From positions 14,353,037 to 14,417,036 of the forward strand of contig OZ316891.1 in the NCBI GenBank assembly GCA_973895155.1: a stretch of 64,000 nucleotides of DNA, written 5' to 3'. Under the pieces are notes generated by a model, which was given only the letters and a program-made list of their open reading frames with translations, did no database searches and was not told the origin of the DNA. Below are positions 28,801 to 42,525 of this stretch, piece by piece. Each line of letters starts with the position of its first letter. The stretch's first letter is position 1. This DNA comes from Marsupella aquatica. Taxonomy: Eukaryota > Plantae > Marchantiophyta. The position numbers were made by a program, and so were the translations under genes.

Positions 28801-31800
28801 GAAATTGACCATTATATTCGCGTCTGTAAAACAAAAATCATAGCCCTAAAAATGCTCAGCATTTTCACAAAAGAATTTGCAACTGCACGGTGATAGCTAA
28901 GACCTCTGAGCGAAGCCAGGCAATTTCTATTTAAGTGGTTGTAAAGGTGCAACTCTTATTAGTGAACATCAGCCTAAACTGGATACCCGTTATCTGAGTC
29001 GTTCAGGAATCAGATCTTCCAGTAAAAGTTTTGGGTCTTTCAGCAGAATGCATGCAAGAGTTTAAGAAACTAGAACGGCGGTCATCGTGGCCAATGATCT
29101 GGCGATGTAATAACTTCAAACTCTCAAGACTGATTGAAGTGGCTCGAACGATCCTCAACAATATCTACAGCAATAAGCGAACAACTGGACCCAGAAACCA
29201 CGTCGTCTCCTTCGGACACTCAAGATCATTCTACGACTAAGCTGATGTCCTCCTTTTAGTCAAAATCACCCAAACGTTAGTTTAGCTATCTTTAACAATG
29301 AACTGTGGGACCTTTCACTCCAAGTATGATAAATTGAGGTGCATTGAAGCGAAAGCACAGTGTTCATGTCATCAGTTTAATTGTGGTAGGAAAGTGAACA
29401 TGGGGTGTGAGGCCATTGAGGACTCCAATGAACATATCTGATTGCTGACAAAATGCGTACACCTCGAAGCTCTGTAGCTTCAGCTCAAACCTTCAAGTTG
29501 GCCCACAGATATGGGGAGAAAATTGCTTTCAGAATCTCATATCATTTGGCTCGAGGGCACGGAAGTACGGAGCAAAACATGACCACAGTATAAAAGCTTT
29601 TAGTGTGGAGCTGCTGACCTCGTGATAGTTTCCTATTTCCACTTCATACTCTTCAAGAGTATGACGGCCAGCTTTCCACCTCTCAACTTGTGTTGGTACA
29701 TCCATGGCAGCCAGAGTATCAAATGATGTAAACCGCTCAAACAAAGAGTTGGGCTGTACAAAGCTTTGCCTTAGTATGTCCTGCAACAAAAGCAATGACA
29801 CGGACATGTTAGTCTAAGTTGTAAGTTTTGACATCCCCTTTTCTGGCTTTCAATCCTCACGTCTACTCAAACATACAAATCCCGTTGCTAAAGCTCGATA
29901 TCAGGTGGAGCGGAGGATATGCTCTATCGCAAACTGTGAGAAATTTGCGACCAGAAATGATATCTGCATCATGTGCTTTGCACAGTGCCTCCCCTGACGC
30001 TAATCCTTGAATACCCTGCTTCAACCCAATCAACAACCTCTAAGATCTGCTCTCACCAGCCGCAGGGAATTGTGGCTATACTATCGAACTCTATTCTATT
30101 TTCTGTTTTTCCGAGACAGCTTGTTGCCGAGGACAGCTTCCATTTTGCCTATTTTCTTAGTGGCTATTCCTGTTTTCCATTTCCTAAGTTGTTAATTAAA
30201 TTGTGCAAGGCTCTCCTTGGCAGTTCCATTGAAATGATATCTGCCAGCGTTCGAGAGTTGTCAAGAAGAAACTCATCTATTTTTCCTATCTGTACATGTT
30301 CTAGGGTATGAAGGTACTGTAGTTCTGTCACGGGACTTACAAATCCCTGAGTGCAATGCAACGATATGCATTCAGTGGCTGATCTACCTAGTTACAACTT
30401 TGCCTTGTTGAAATTGATTGTCTTATTAGCGAGCTGATTGATTCCCATTATTGTCTCGTGTGACTATAGTACTCTGCCCAGTTCCTGGAGAATTGTTCGA
30501 TGCCTGATCCCCAGTAACCTGTCGGTACCTATTGGCACAGGTCACCTAACTCAGCCCTGTCCTCCTGATTCCTATCCCACACGGTGCTTTCACGTGCTAC
30601 CCCTAAGAGGATCCAGAGCTGTTCATGGCGGCTTGGTGCTCGCACGCACTCGGATACTCTTGCTACTGAATTTCAGATATAAAAGCACTCCACTGAGGAT
30701 CAACCACTTTTAAGGAGCTAGTTAGCTTCCATAAAGCCCCTGTGCAAAGGAAAGAATACAAGTATTGCTGTCTTTCATTTCCATCCTGTGTAATGTCCTT
30801 TGCAACCCTGAGTGATTTAAAGTTGTCAAAAGTCCCTAAATACTAAACTCTAAAATCCTGTAATAAGTCTGCTAAGTGGCTGTCTCTCTTTAGTATAAAC
30901 TGTTCCTGATCAGGAGAGCTGCCTCAGATAGTGGTATCGCCTGCCGTGTGCTCCACAGTGCATTCCACCCACTCTAACTCTCTGCCATTTCTCTTGGAGC
31001 CATTCCACTGTGTTGGGTAGTGCTTCTCGGCAGTCCATCCACAGTAACAGCAGGTTCATCATCCAGGTTGACACCCATTTGTGGAATCAGGTCTTGACCA
31101 GAAATTACTGTACACCGTCATATTATTCAGAAGCTTGACACCATAGGTGTGATTTGAAACCCCTCATATGTTGTAGCTGGAGAATGACGTCGCGGTGACT
31201 CTGGATTTCCAGGAGGGCTTCTCCAAAGTCAACAAGGACAGTAGCAAGAGCAGTGATCACCCCTGTTTGTAAACAGTGTCATGAGGCAAGCTTTCGAACT
31301 TCTCTCAACTGATCATTTCAGGACTTATGATAGTAAGTCCTGACATTTCCTCTCCATGCAGGTTGCTAAAACGCAACAGATCCTCATGGTCTCAACTCTT
31401 CAGATCGTGGTACACTGCTGGACTACAAAGTGAATGAAATTCTTAATACCTAAGTTCTGGGGTAGTACCTTCCAGCTTTGTCCCACAGCTTCAAAGTCGA
31501 GCCTTTTTATGTCCAAACATAAGCAAATGATAGCAGCCACAGCTTTGATAGCATGTTCAAAACGTAAGAGATGAACGGTGAGGATGAATGAGTGATTTAA
31601 CCAGAATGGACGAGGTATGCTCGCTGCACGGTGGACATTACCTCACCGACCTATATTCACGCACCAACTTCGGGATATGGTCACCACATTCTCCCACAAC
31701 AACCGTTGGACGGTTTCATCTTAGAGTCCCTTGAACGAAACACACTAGATCACGTAGGTCACGAGTTGCTGATTATCTAGATAAGGGATAACATAATCAC

Positions 31801-34800
31801 CTGAATGACATCCCAGGTTGCTGTGACCTGTTTGTTATCCAAGTCGACAACAGCCATCTCCTTCGAAGCATAACCTGGAAAGACGTCTGTCAGCCTCGTC
31901 TGGAGATCATCCATCCCCTTAACTGCCTCAACAATCCCCTCCAAAAGGCTCCTAACAGCAGCCTCAACATATTCCAACTTTGGATAAAACTCAAAGTGAT
32001 CTCCCTGCAGTAATAGTCGAATTTTAAACAATGGATCCTTTCTAACTCCAATGGGCAATGGCTGAAGTTCTCCGTCCTTCGAGAGTCGAGGATTGAAATA
32101 ATCTAACCATATGTGCTTGAATATGTTTACTGATTCCAGGACAACATACTGAAGCTGCCCACTCATCATCAGCGATAACCGAGATACGAGACGAGGCAGT
32201 TTTCCGTTAGGGTCATCAAGTATTTCTGCTCCCAACGGAAGCACTTCATGGATGAGGTTTAAAACCCTGTGCGTCCATCTGCAACCCTACACACATGCTA
32301 GATACTTCAGAAGGAGCAATCGACACTTTTTAACAATATTTGCATACTTATATACTATGAACCGACCAGGACACTTAACGGCACTTTGAATAAAGTCCAC
32401 GTCGAATTACGATAGATACATTTCATATTCCAATCACGTCCCAACCTTGGGAACTGGGAAGCTGATAACAAGACCGCGAGGCCAGGCGTTGACTTTCTAA
32501 TGTTTTATATAATAGTGATCATCATCCTTCATCCTCTTCCCAAACAAGGATGTCAACTACACAACAGGAAGTAGCACTGTGCTTGCAAAGTACGCTGAAA
32601 ATATTACAAAGCCCAATCAATGGTAGGTTGAGGTCCTTACTTCTGTTTCCATTGACACCCTTCACAAAATTGAGACAAATTAACCTCCCCCATTCTGTGC
32701 CCTCGTCTTTAGATGTGGAAGGAAAACGAGCCTCTGAAATTAAGTCTAGAAATATAATAACAACGTGGACGCAGAAACACACAAAAAAGTGAACTGAGGC
32801 GGCCAAGGAGATCACTACCAACATCCTCACTATATGCAATGACTCCCACTGATTTCAGCTTGACTTGAAAGAATGTACTCCTTTAATTACAATTCTGTTC
32901 TATTCATCACAAGCCTTAAGAACCTTGATCTGTTTTTCATTCACATTAAATGGACAAGTTATTAACACCCAGCAATGAACACAGACCATCATGATTTCAG
33001 TGAGAAATCAATGCCGAAGAACAGACAAACAACTTTAGAGATCTTTGATGTGTGGTTCCTTTACATGTTTCTGAAGGTATCAGCTATATCTCGAGCATAG
33101 GTGTCTTGCATAAGGCGAAAGTCATCCACTCCCCATGGCCTTGGTGCAGTAAGTATTTCTGGGCTGACAAGAACATTTGATCTGATATCCATGTCATTGT
33201 AAAATTGCACTAACACCAGCAAGAAGGCCTCCTCAGCGATGACGAGCCTCTTAGTAATCTCTTCCAATTTAGCCATGAAAGGAGCATGTGCATGATACGT
33301 GACCTGCGCGCAAGCATACCTGATAACAACACCAGTCCAGTCCAGTTTACCTAATGCATTAGAGATTGCTTCTCACTTTCTTATCATCCCGAGCTCCCTC
33401 CAGATATGCATATCGATCTTCAGGAACTATGACTGCATATAAGCCCGAGTTCTCGAAATATTATAAAACGTACAATTGACACTTACTTCCCAGTAGGAGG
33501 ACGACTATGTTCAGGTCCAGGAAAAATCTGAAGACCACGAAAGTGTGCCCGCTGTTCCTCATCAGCCACTTGCAATCGAAATTCCAAAATCGCCTTGTTA
33601 ACGCTGTAATGGTAATCATCTTTCAATTCCTCTATCAAGGTTTTCACCACTTGCGGATATTTGAGGCTCAAATTTCTTCCGACACGCTCCATAAGTCGTA
33701 CCATCAGCTGACCATCAACACCTTCTGGATTCACGAAAGGGAGTGACTTCACAAACTTCCAATAACGCTGCAGCACGATACTTCTCCCAATTAGGTCTCA
33801 TCTTCACTGAAAGATCCACATATAAAGAAATATAACGATGACACAAAATCGTCCAAACAGAATAGCGGTCCAATATGATTTCGATTCCGCACATTAGAAC
33901 CTCGATCTCAAAGCCCCCAGAGACTTTCAGGCAGTATAACGACAAATATTTATATTGCTCAACAAGGTCTAAACGAGATCTTTCCCCGTCGACATCTCAG
34001 GACTACGAGGAAGTTCTGGGAGATGCGTAATAAAGAGACAAATCTAACATTTTGGCATTTTGCAGATGATTCAAACTTGCTTTGCATTAACATTTTATGT
34101 GCCAACAGCAATTTCCGAAATTCCAGCAAGGAAACTGAACGCAGTCCGTGACCAACAGCTACGGATCATTGGAAAGACAGAAATCTCTACTGCCACTGTT
34201 CCCCATGCTGGAAACCCAAAAACATTACCCCATTGTACAAGCCATTGCACCTCCTTCAACATAGCTGTGCGAATATGTCTCACAAAACATAAACGTCCAT
34301 ACCATTTGTGATTCCACCCTCTGACGAAGATCTCTGGCTGCAAGGAGTCTGGCTATGAAATTTCCCTCGCTCTCCGAGTCGAGTATCAAGTTTAACCTAC
34401 GAATTGAAGATGAGGTCCACAACTAAGATTCAGCTGATCGTTCTACAAGCTGAGGTTGAGCTGATACAGTTGCAGCAAGCATAGAAGGTTTTTCTCTCGA
34501 GATGGAATCTCATTTACGTGGCGTTAAGTGTATATATCCCGCCAGAATCTACGGATGAACTGGTGACGCTTCGTTGATTATTTTCCATCATCACCATGGT
34601 ACTAAAGAGTTGTCAGTACGTTTCCTAAAACACAAACCCTTGCTCTCCACAATTGAAATTAAAAAATTATAGTTTAACCCAAGAGCAGAACAAGAATGAC
34701 AGAACGAATTAGTCATTTCCTCATGAGATTCACTCTTATATTGTCAGACTAAAGAGGCCACTGCCGTGAAATGTCGAGACAGCCATTATGTTTTAAAGTT

Positions 34801-36414
34801 GGACTTATTTGTTCTCAACCAACAAGGATTCGAAGTCTCAAACGGCGAATGCATTCTCACCGCTTCACAGTTTTCGTCTTTCCTGTTGGTTCACCATTTG
34901 GAGAGAGCCACTCGATTGTGTATTTATCTGTAGCTTTGTCATAACCCACCACTTCACAACTCTTCCAGGAGGGCCTTCCATCATTTTCATACCGCCTTGT
35001 TCTAGCTTTCAGTCCACGCTCACCCCTCTCATGGGCCTGCTTTCTCAATCAAAAAGATCCCCTGAACTGTCAGTTGTATAAGCTCAAACCAACTCAATTC
35101 ATCGTGGTAAGTGGGGACCAGACACTTTTACAATATGACTATAGAAATATTGTTTACCAACATCAATTCTAAAGCAGTTGATTTGTTGGGACGTCTATCT
35201 GACTTAGTAATATTCCCAGCCAGCATTTGACCCCAAGCGTCCCAGCAGTTTAGCTCTGCCCAACTTGCTCAACCCAAAACTGTATACTACGGTACTAAAC
35301 CAGTCAGAGGCTACCAGGGGTCCTATCACACTCCATAATTCTGACGTACAAAGTAGTAAGTAAGCTCGGTTACAAGCGATGCACCCGGGGGCCCACCAAA
35401 AAGGAAGGATCCCAACATTGAAATTTACAGTACTGTTGTGAGTAGTCTTTGCTGAAACTCACGAGACAATATGAAATCACAGTCTGTCTGCGAGACATGC
35501 AAGCAGTGTTCCTAATTGTTGTATGATTTTCTAAAACTATACTCTTCTTCAAGATGGGGGGAGGAGGACGGGGATCACACTAGCATCTTGAGCCTCAGCT
35601 TGAACCCACCTCACCACTCATCACAAAAAGTTTAGTGTAAAGAAGGAGTGACCGATGGTGTCATTGTGCAACTCTGCGGTAAGAGGGAGGGAGAGAGGAG
35701 ACGACTCACGGCCTGGAGGAGAAGCGAAGGGTGGACAAGATCCATGTCCGGGTTATCGAAGAGCTCGAGAGGGAGCACAAATTTTGTGGGACGCCCTTTG
35801 TTGCCGGGCGCGTCGATGGCCCGAACTTCATCCCTCGTCCCTTCCGCCGGCTGCACGTCTATCTCTGGCTGCCGCATTTGGTCCTCCTCCACATCAATAT
35901 CCTCCAATTTGCACTTCCTCCTTTTCCGCCTCGATGGCGGTGGAAACACTAGCATCTCTACCGGCCTGGGAGGAAACGACCCTGTCTCTCGCGAATCGAA
36001 GTTGTAAATGACGGCCTCCTGTTGTCTGGAATCATCCCGTCCCGTCGAGCTTGCCTCGGAGTCATCGCAGTCCATCTCAAATTCGTCTTCGGGGTGCTCT
36101 GAGCCCTCAGGGGGGCAGCCCCAGAGCAACGTCTCGTCCATCGCTGGAACAAAAATCTGCGGAAATTTCATAACGTAGGGAGGATACACTTTGGCGTCCG
36201 GATCGTACACCGGGCTAAGAGGGCGGTAGCGCACAGAGCCGATGGCGATGGGGCTCGGAGTTCGCACTTCGCACCCCGCCCCCGACCTGGAGTGGGACGT
36301 CCGCAACAAAGTTGGCGTCCGCACTGGGCTCCGTGACAGAGGCCTCTTCATGCCCCTTTTCATAATTCTCCTCGTTGAAGAATGAGGATTACCCCCACTG
36401 TCCTCGTCCGCCAT
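4857..36414 (-). CDS. Axonemal inner-arm (single-headed) dynein heavy chain, DNAH3/7/12-like motor; multi-exon
   Basis: Many collinear minus-strand exons. Linker [14 protein letters not shown]; AAA1 GPAG|[13 protein letters not shown]...CFDEFNRI...[23 protein letters not shown]; AAA2 [25 protein letters not shown]; AAA3 GPTGTG|KT; AAA4 [10 protein letters not shown]; stalk/MTBD; AAA5 [18 protein letters not shown]; AAA6 [18 protein letters not shown]; C-terminus CPLYRT...[17 protein letters not shown] at 36414. Confidence 0.95.
24917..24984. repeat. (AAACT)n microsatellite in a dynein intron
   Basis: About 13 perfect taaac units. Confidence 0.95.
29830..31560 (-). pseudogene. Decayed coding-like insertion inside a ~2 kb dynein intron; identity unknown
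   Basis: Intron much longer than its neighbours. Minus strand gives protein-like runs broken by stops ([17 protein letters not shown]; [47 protein letters not shown]; [29 protein letters not shown]). Confidence 0.3.
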
Positions 36415-36701
36415 CTCGTCCTATTTATCCTGTCTTTTCCTTTCCAATTCCTGTGAATCATCCATCCACCTGACCCCCCATCAGTCCTGCATCCAAAACT
36501 AGTCTAAGAAATCTTCCAGCTTGTCTGAATTACGCATCCATCGATTAACCCAGTGCTGCATTCAATTCAAATTCAGAAGTGTTTCCAATTGTGTCAATTA
36601 CTAGCTTCACACAGAAGAGATTCAAAAACAAAAGTTGAATCCACACGGTAGTCAAAAGCAACAATCAAAATCAGTTCTTAGCTTCGATTGTCACCGGGTC
36701 A

Positions 36702-36849
36702 GCTTGCCTGTATATTGCCATTTTAACTTTCAGTTCAATTGAATTTATTCCAGAGTAGAATGGTGAGGAAGGCATGCCTGCCTGTATATTGCCATCTTAA
36801 CTTTCAGTTCAATTTAATTTATTCCAGAGTAGAATGGTGAGGAAGGCAT
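36702..36849. repeat. 74-bp tandem duplication just upstream of the dynein start
   Basis: gc(t/c)tgcctgtatattgccat...ccagagtagaatggtgaggaaggcat twice (36702-36775, 36776-36849). Confidence 0.9.
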
Positions 36850-37939
36850 GATGGGTCAATGCAAATGGGATATGAATTGTTTTTACGACGGAGACCGCTC
36901 GACCGCTCTACAAGCACCACCCACTGCGTCGCAGTTCCTGTGTGACTGACTAGCCCACTTCCTTACTATACCATGGCTTTAGTTTACGTTGGTGACTTCC
37001 AGCAGAAGAATGTTTGTTTCTAGTCGGGCGAGACGGGAGAGCTTCGAAAATGTGAGCTTTCTACTCCAGTTGGGAAAGAGAATCGATCCTTCTGCGATAT
37101 GCTCAGCGTGTGGGATCTGCCAGTCTAGGTCATTCCGATCTCAATTCTAGCGATCTATCTTCCAGAAAGCCGGGGATCGTGGAATCAACAACCATCGAAT
37201 TTCGCAAGTGCATGGTGTGCATAAATTAGCCGTAGGATGGAAAGTAATAGCGAAGTGGCAGTCTTGTGCCGGCTGCGAGTGATTGAATGAATTGATGAGG
37301 CAGCAGAAGAACGACATTTTAATGAGGGAGCGAACTTCAATGACAGTGTTTTCTGCGAGACACAGAAACAATCTATCCTCGATGAATGCACGATGGAAGT
37401 ACCATACCTGCAGTCCTCCACTGGACTACATAAAGCTCTGGGGCAGGGGCCAAAGCATGATGGAATTCTTCATCAAGGAACCCAGGAGCTGTAATTTAGT
37501 TGGGATCATCGTGCAGAAACGTATCGTAGTCGAAGTCGCCGACTAAGTATCTTGGCAAGCCATTTACGTCGTAATTAACGAAATCAGTCCTGGATTTTGT
37601 TTTGAGCTGTGTCATCGAATTGTTTCAGAGCAGAGGAAAAAGGTGGGAAAGCTGTGAGTTGAACAGTCTGTCGCTCCCTCTCTCTAGCCCAGCGAGAGGA
37701 CTATAATTCTGGTCTCGTCTCGAATTGGAGTCTGCAGACGAAGCACAGCGACGGAGAACAATACGGAGTACCATGAGATGCGAAACAGCCACTCGCGAGA
37801 TTCTTGCAGATACATTTGGCGGGAGAGTGCCTGACTGCCTTTCATCGTCATTTGTTCGCCTTTTCTCGTATCTTTCAATGGTGTTCACTTTACCGTGTAT
37901 AAGTGCATAATCCAGGAAAGAAGGGCCCCATATGCACTA

Positions 37940-39540
37940 AAATGCTCACAGTTTTGGTGACAAGAAGAGTGAGGGAATCCCTTTTTTCCCTCCTCCAGGG
38001 TTACATGCTAAGAGCATCCCCACTGGTGCGCACCTTGTGACTTGGTGTTGGCCCTCAATGGTGAGGCCCCCCCCACTCATCTTTGGGGGAGAGTCAGGAC
38101 AGAAGCCCACCCAAATTGGTGCCGCCTGGGAATACATTCGGTTAGTTTCTTTGTTGTCATGGCCATCCAGGAGTCTTGAGGTTGGACTATCGCTGCCATC
38201 CGTAACATACGGCAAGAGTTGGCAGGCATTGCTACTGCACCCCCAAACTCGCCAGTTCTAGCATGCAATATTCTCCTTCTGGTAGGTCAAGCTCCAAGGG
38301 TTTTAATCAATTTCACAGGGGTTGGTGGGAACCAGAAAAATGGGTCCTGAGCTGGCCACACCAATGTAGTCCCCAATCAGCGCGCCAGTTCCCACTACCA
38401 GCAGGAATGCTCTACTCTTTTACTCTCTTGGTTGTAAGGCCTCTATACTATTTGTGACACTCCTATGTGCTTTGTTCTTGAGTTCTACCAGACTTTTCAG
38501 TTTACTAATGAGTGGGGCTTTGGTTCCTTTGCCATTGTGTGGGACTCTCAGGCTCTTTGGTGTTCCGTTATTTTCTCCCCTTTATTGGGTCCCCTGTATT
38601 TTGGATATTGTCTCCTGGTCAGGTGTTGTTTGTTGTTTGGCAGCGTGATGTATGTTTACCCTCCATCATGCTCTAAGTTCTATCATATATATTTGTGTTG
38701 TACATTCCAACCAAGAATCTGGTGGTTTTTTTTCTAGGTGACTCTACCTTACAATACAAATTTGGAAAAAACCTTAGTATTTTCCCTTTCAAATTACTAA
38801 ATCTTTAATCTAGCTTAGAGAGTTAACCATTCTTCAAATCCTTGGAAAATCAAGTGGCCCACTGCATGTATTAGATATGTTATGACAGAAACTATCTTAT
38901 TCAGAGGGAAGGAGAGAAGTTACCAATGGCACTACTTTCCCAAACTGGGAAAATGGAAAAAGGGTGCATGGTTATGTCACTGTGCACCAGCATCTTCATT
39001 CTTCCTTGTGCTCCACTCTCCTTCTTGCTTGTTTGTTTGCTTGTTCTCTCGCCCACTTGTTCAACTTGCTGGCTGATTTGCCCAGCTTGCTACACATACA
39101 GCTCATACAGATCTGTGATTTGTATGGGAGAGGTAGGGTATTTTTAGTGATAAAAACTACATACTCCATATGAGGGAGACAGAAGATAGTTGTTCTCCTA
39201 TTGCCAACCCCTCTTTTTTTATAATGGTCCTGGTAGTTCTCAAAGTTGCACAACCTTTTAGAGGCCAAAGCATACTTGTCCTCTATTCCACAAAAGTTGT
39301 GAGGCTCTAGGACCAGTCCCTACATGATCTAGACTCCAAAACCATGTTTAGATGTATTGTGATAAACACGACTATCATACACACATCCATCACCTAAACT
39401 CGGTCAATTCTTTCCTCTCAAAGGGCCAAGGCTGTTTGCTGTAGAGACTCTAGACAAATTCATCTTGGTGATCTTGTGGAGCTTTATTGGGCTTTTCAGT
39501 ATGTGCTGAGTATGGCTATAGTTTGTTTGCCATTGGTCAG
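37940..39540. mobile_element. Possible degraded retroelement/TE remnant
   Basis: CpG-poor intergenic stretch with fragmented ORFs and T-rich tracts; no diagnostic motif recognised. Confidence 0.2.
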
Positions 39541-39547
39541 GATCCTA

Positions 39548-39921
39548 CACTCTTCACCGTAATTAGTGTTATGCAAGAATTAGTGCTAGTATAAAATTAG
39601 TGTTACTAATTTTGGTAAAAATGATTTTGTGCCCAAGTAACACTAATTTTTGTTGGTTTTCAAAACAGATTTTGTTCACTCTAGTATTAATTGCTTGTAA
39701 AAAATGGTTGATTTTTAGTCCAAAGTAACAATAATTATAGTGGATTTTTCAAAGTAGGTGTTTTCTCTCTATTTTGCCACTCTTAAGACCATAGTAACAC
39801 TAATTCATGTGCGCAAAAATAGTGTTAGCACAAATTTAATGTGACTAACATTTATTTGAGAGTAGACCTTGAAAATGGGTGCTCTTTAATTAATGTTAGT
39901 CACAAATTATGGTGAACAATG
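39548..39921. mobile_element. MITE with TA target-site duplication (Tc1/mariner-type)
   Basis: Left TA|CACTCTTCACCGTAATTAGTG; right end reverse complement TA|CATTGTTCACCATAATTTGTG; AT-rich interior with repeated AATTAGTGTTA/TAACACTAATT motifs in both orientations. Confidence 0.75.
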
Positions 39922-40598
39922 TAGTTTCTTGGTTCTTGGTTGTATGGTTTTCTCCTCGTTATTGTATTTCCTGCCTGTCCCCAGATTTGGCGCCTTTTCT
40001 TGTGAGGGGTGTAATTATTTTTTATCTCAAAATCCTTTTTAGGAGTTTGACCACACTCTAATCTGCACTATCGGAAAGGCAATTGAATGCAAATCTCGTC
40101 TAAGAGAGGGTGTTATTACGGTGGCGAACCCTCGTCTGAGGGTTTAAGGGGAGCAGAAGTTTCGGATCGCGCTTCTTACGTGTTGTAGTGCTTTTTGCTC
40201 CTGCTGCAGTGTGAGCTTCCATAGCAAGAGAATTGTCCCGTCGGCGCTCGTGGAGGAGGTGTTCCTGCTATCGTTGGGCTTTCGCCGGTTGCATGAATGA
40301 ACGACTCCATAGCCAACAACGGTCTAGAGAAAGGAATGGTTCTTAGGGTCAAGCCCTTTTTCAGCAAGTGTTAGATTTGAGCGCTTCAATTTTGGTTGCA
40401 GATCGACAGTTTGTGCTCAGGGAAGGAGGAGGATGCGTTCTCTCCAGACGCACGGGGTGGCACAAAAGGTACACCACACAAAACAGAACCATGGAAGGCA
40501 GCTGAACAAATTCGGCTGCAATTGAATAACCGACGGAGGGCGGGCACTTTCATTGTTATTTAAGCAGCAATTAAGGAAGCGAGTTAAGGCGATCGAAC

Positions 40599-42525
40599 AT
40601 GGCAGGAGGATCCTCGCAACATCAGGCCAGAAATGCCTTGTTCGCCATCCGCCGGCTCGCGGTTGTAAGGTGGAAATCGGCTTCTTCTTCTTCGTCTTCT
40701 TCTTTCTCTTCCTTCGCGGCTGCAAAATCTTCAGGTTCGAGGGGCTATACTCCTGACTCGTCCACGCAGGAGGAGGACGCCACGAATGATGAGTTTTGGG
40801 TGGTGGAAGGTGACATTCTGCGGGTCAGGGGTGGCATCGAAAAGAACAAACTCAAAATGGCTGTAAGACCTCCTCCGAGTGAGAATCTGAATCTGTCTCG
40901 GAAGCAGGTGGCGAAGACCCGGCATGACCGCGTGATGGCCGCTCGTATTTCTAAATCAGAGGTACAAGGAAACTTTGGAGTTTAAAGTGTGAGTAATCCA
41001 CTTGATTGTCCACCTGAGTAGTCGAACGATTTGATTACTAGGGCAGTAGTCATCTCCGAAGGTGTCTTGCAATTTGGCCCGTGAGTTCATTGTCATGAAG
41101 TCTTGCTCCTTCATTCTTTCTCGAAATTTTGGTGCAGCAGAATTTCAGGGCAAAAATTTTGTCCCCTGTATGTAACTTGATATTCGGGTATGCACCCAGT
41201 TGGCAATCTATACATCCATGAGCATGCAAGTCAATTTGCATGGCAATAAAGCTGTGAGGCCGAGAGTTGTCTTGCAGAAGATTTGCTGGAAGGCGACCTT
41301 TTGCTATACTTGTAGTTATTACCTACGTCGAGCGTAAAAGATGGCTAGTGCCGCGAGTAAGTGTCTCACGCATTTTTGGGTTTCATTTGATAGAGAGGGC
41401 AAGAGGAGTATTGGAAAACCTATTCAAAGAGATACCAGAATGTACAAAACCAGTGGGAGAAGCTGTACTTCGATGAAGTCCCTAAGGTGGTGAAACCTGC
41501 TCCAGTACCAGCCGACAAAAATGACCCCTTCTCGATTCTCGGGCTCAAAAGGTGCTGTTTTTGGCATCTTTCTTCGATGCAAGTCTGATTTAGTAGTGGC
41601 AATTTCTTCCTTGAGAGTATCTCTTTTCAGTTTCACCAATAGACACAATATGTGAATTAGAGTTGTGAACTTGTCGGCAAGTCAGTGTAAAACCCTACAC
41701 TGCAATTGTCCGCTCGTGGTCTCAGAGAATTTGGTGCAGCATTTGTGCATAAGCTTACCGAATCTGAGGTTGTAGTTAGGCTACCCATGAGGCGTCTGAT
41801 TTAGGAACAGCAATATCTAATCGAGCTGGCACCAGAAGATTTTTGATGGTAGACTCTGTTTCGTCACTGCATACCCCTGAGGTCTTCTGTCTCCAAAGCG
41901 ATCTCAATTGGTTATTGTAAGATTGCGACGTTCTCTTCATATGAAGTGACTAATCTTCATCTGCATTGCAACAGGAGGGAGCAACCTTATTCGCCTGTCG
42001 AATTAAAGGTATGCTTCCGTGAGGGCATTGAGTGATGTGTTCACTCGCAGCTTTGATTTATGCGGACGCAAAAGCTAGTATCTCCAATTATTTCCTGCTA
42101 AGGTTGCATCCATGTTTTCTTTTTCACTCACTTAAATATTTGGCTCTAAAATCAAACCCCTGATTAGCAAAATTACCGGCTGGTTGATGCAGTCTGCATA
42201 CAGAGAGATGGCTTTGAAGTATCACCCGGACCACAATCCCGGAAAAAGTAACCAATCTGAACCTTGATTAATCTCTTTATACTTATCGTCTTGATAGCAG
42301 CAATGCCTTCTATCTGAGAAGCAAGTAGTGAGGATGTCTCCTAAACTGCGAAGAGGAAGGATTCATGTGACATGTTTTGTCAAATCTTTTCGAATTGACT
42401 GCAGGTTGTCCGCGCATTGTGCCACTTACTAACATCAGGTATTGTTCTAACCAGCTGCAGAAGCAAAGTTTGAGAATATTTGGAATGCTTACAAGATGCT
42501 TCAGCACAAGCGAAGTTGGCGTTGA
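40599..42525 (+). CDS. J-domain (DnaJ class C) protein with C-terminal J domain and possible mitochondrial presequence
   Basis: Exons 40599-40961, 41394-41551, 41975-42008, 42193-42247, 42455-42525 splice in phase to ...NDPFSILGLKRREQPYSPVELKSAYREMALKYHPDHNPGKTAEAKFENIWNAYKMLQHKRSWR*. HPD motif present; Arg/Ser/Ala-rich N-terminus. Confidence 0.85.

Noticed and set aside
6119-36011. Plus-strand ORFs overlapping dynein exons (e.g. 19405-19848, 35648-36007)
   Set aside because: Antisense shadows of real coding exons.
37147-37910. Possible small gene upstream of dynein
   Set aside because: Only short ORFs on both strands without motifs or a consistent splice model.
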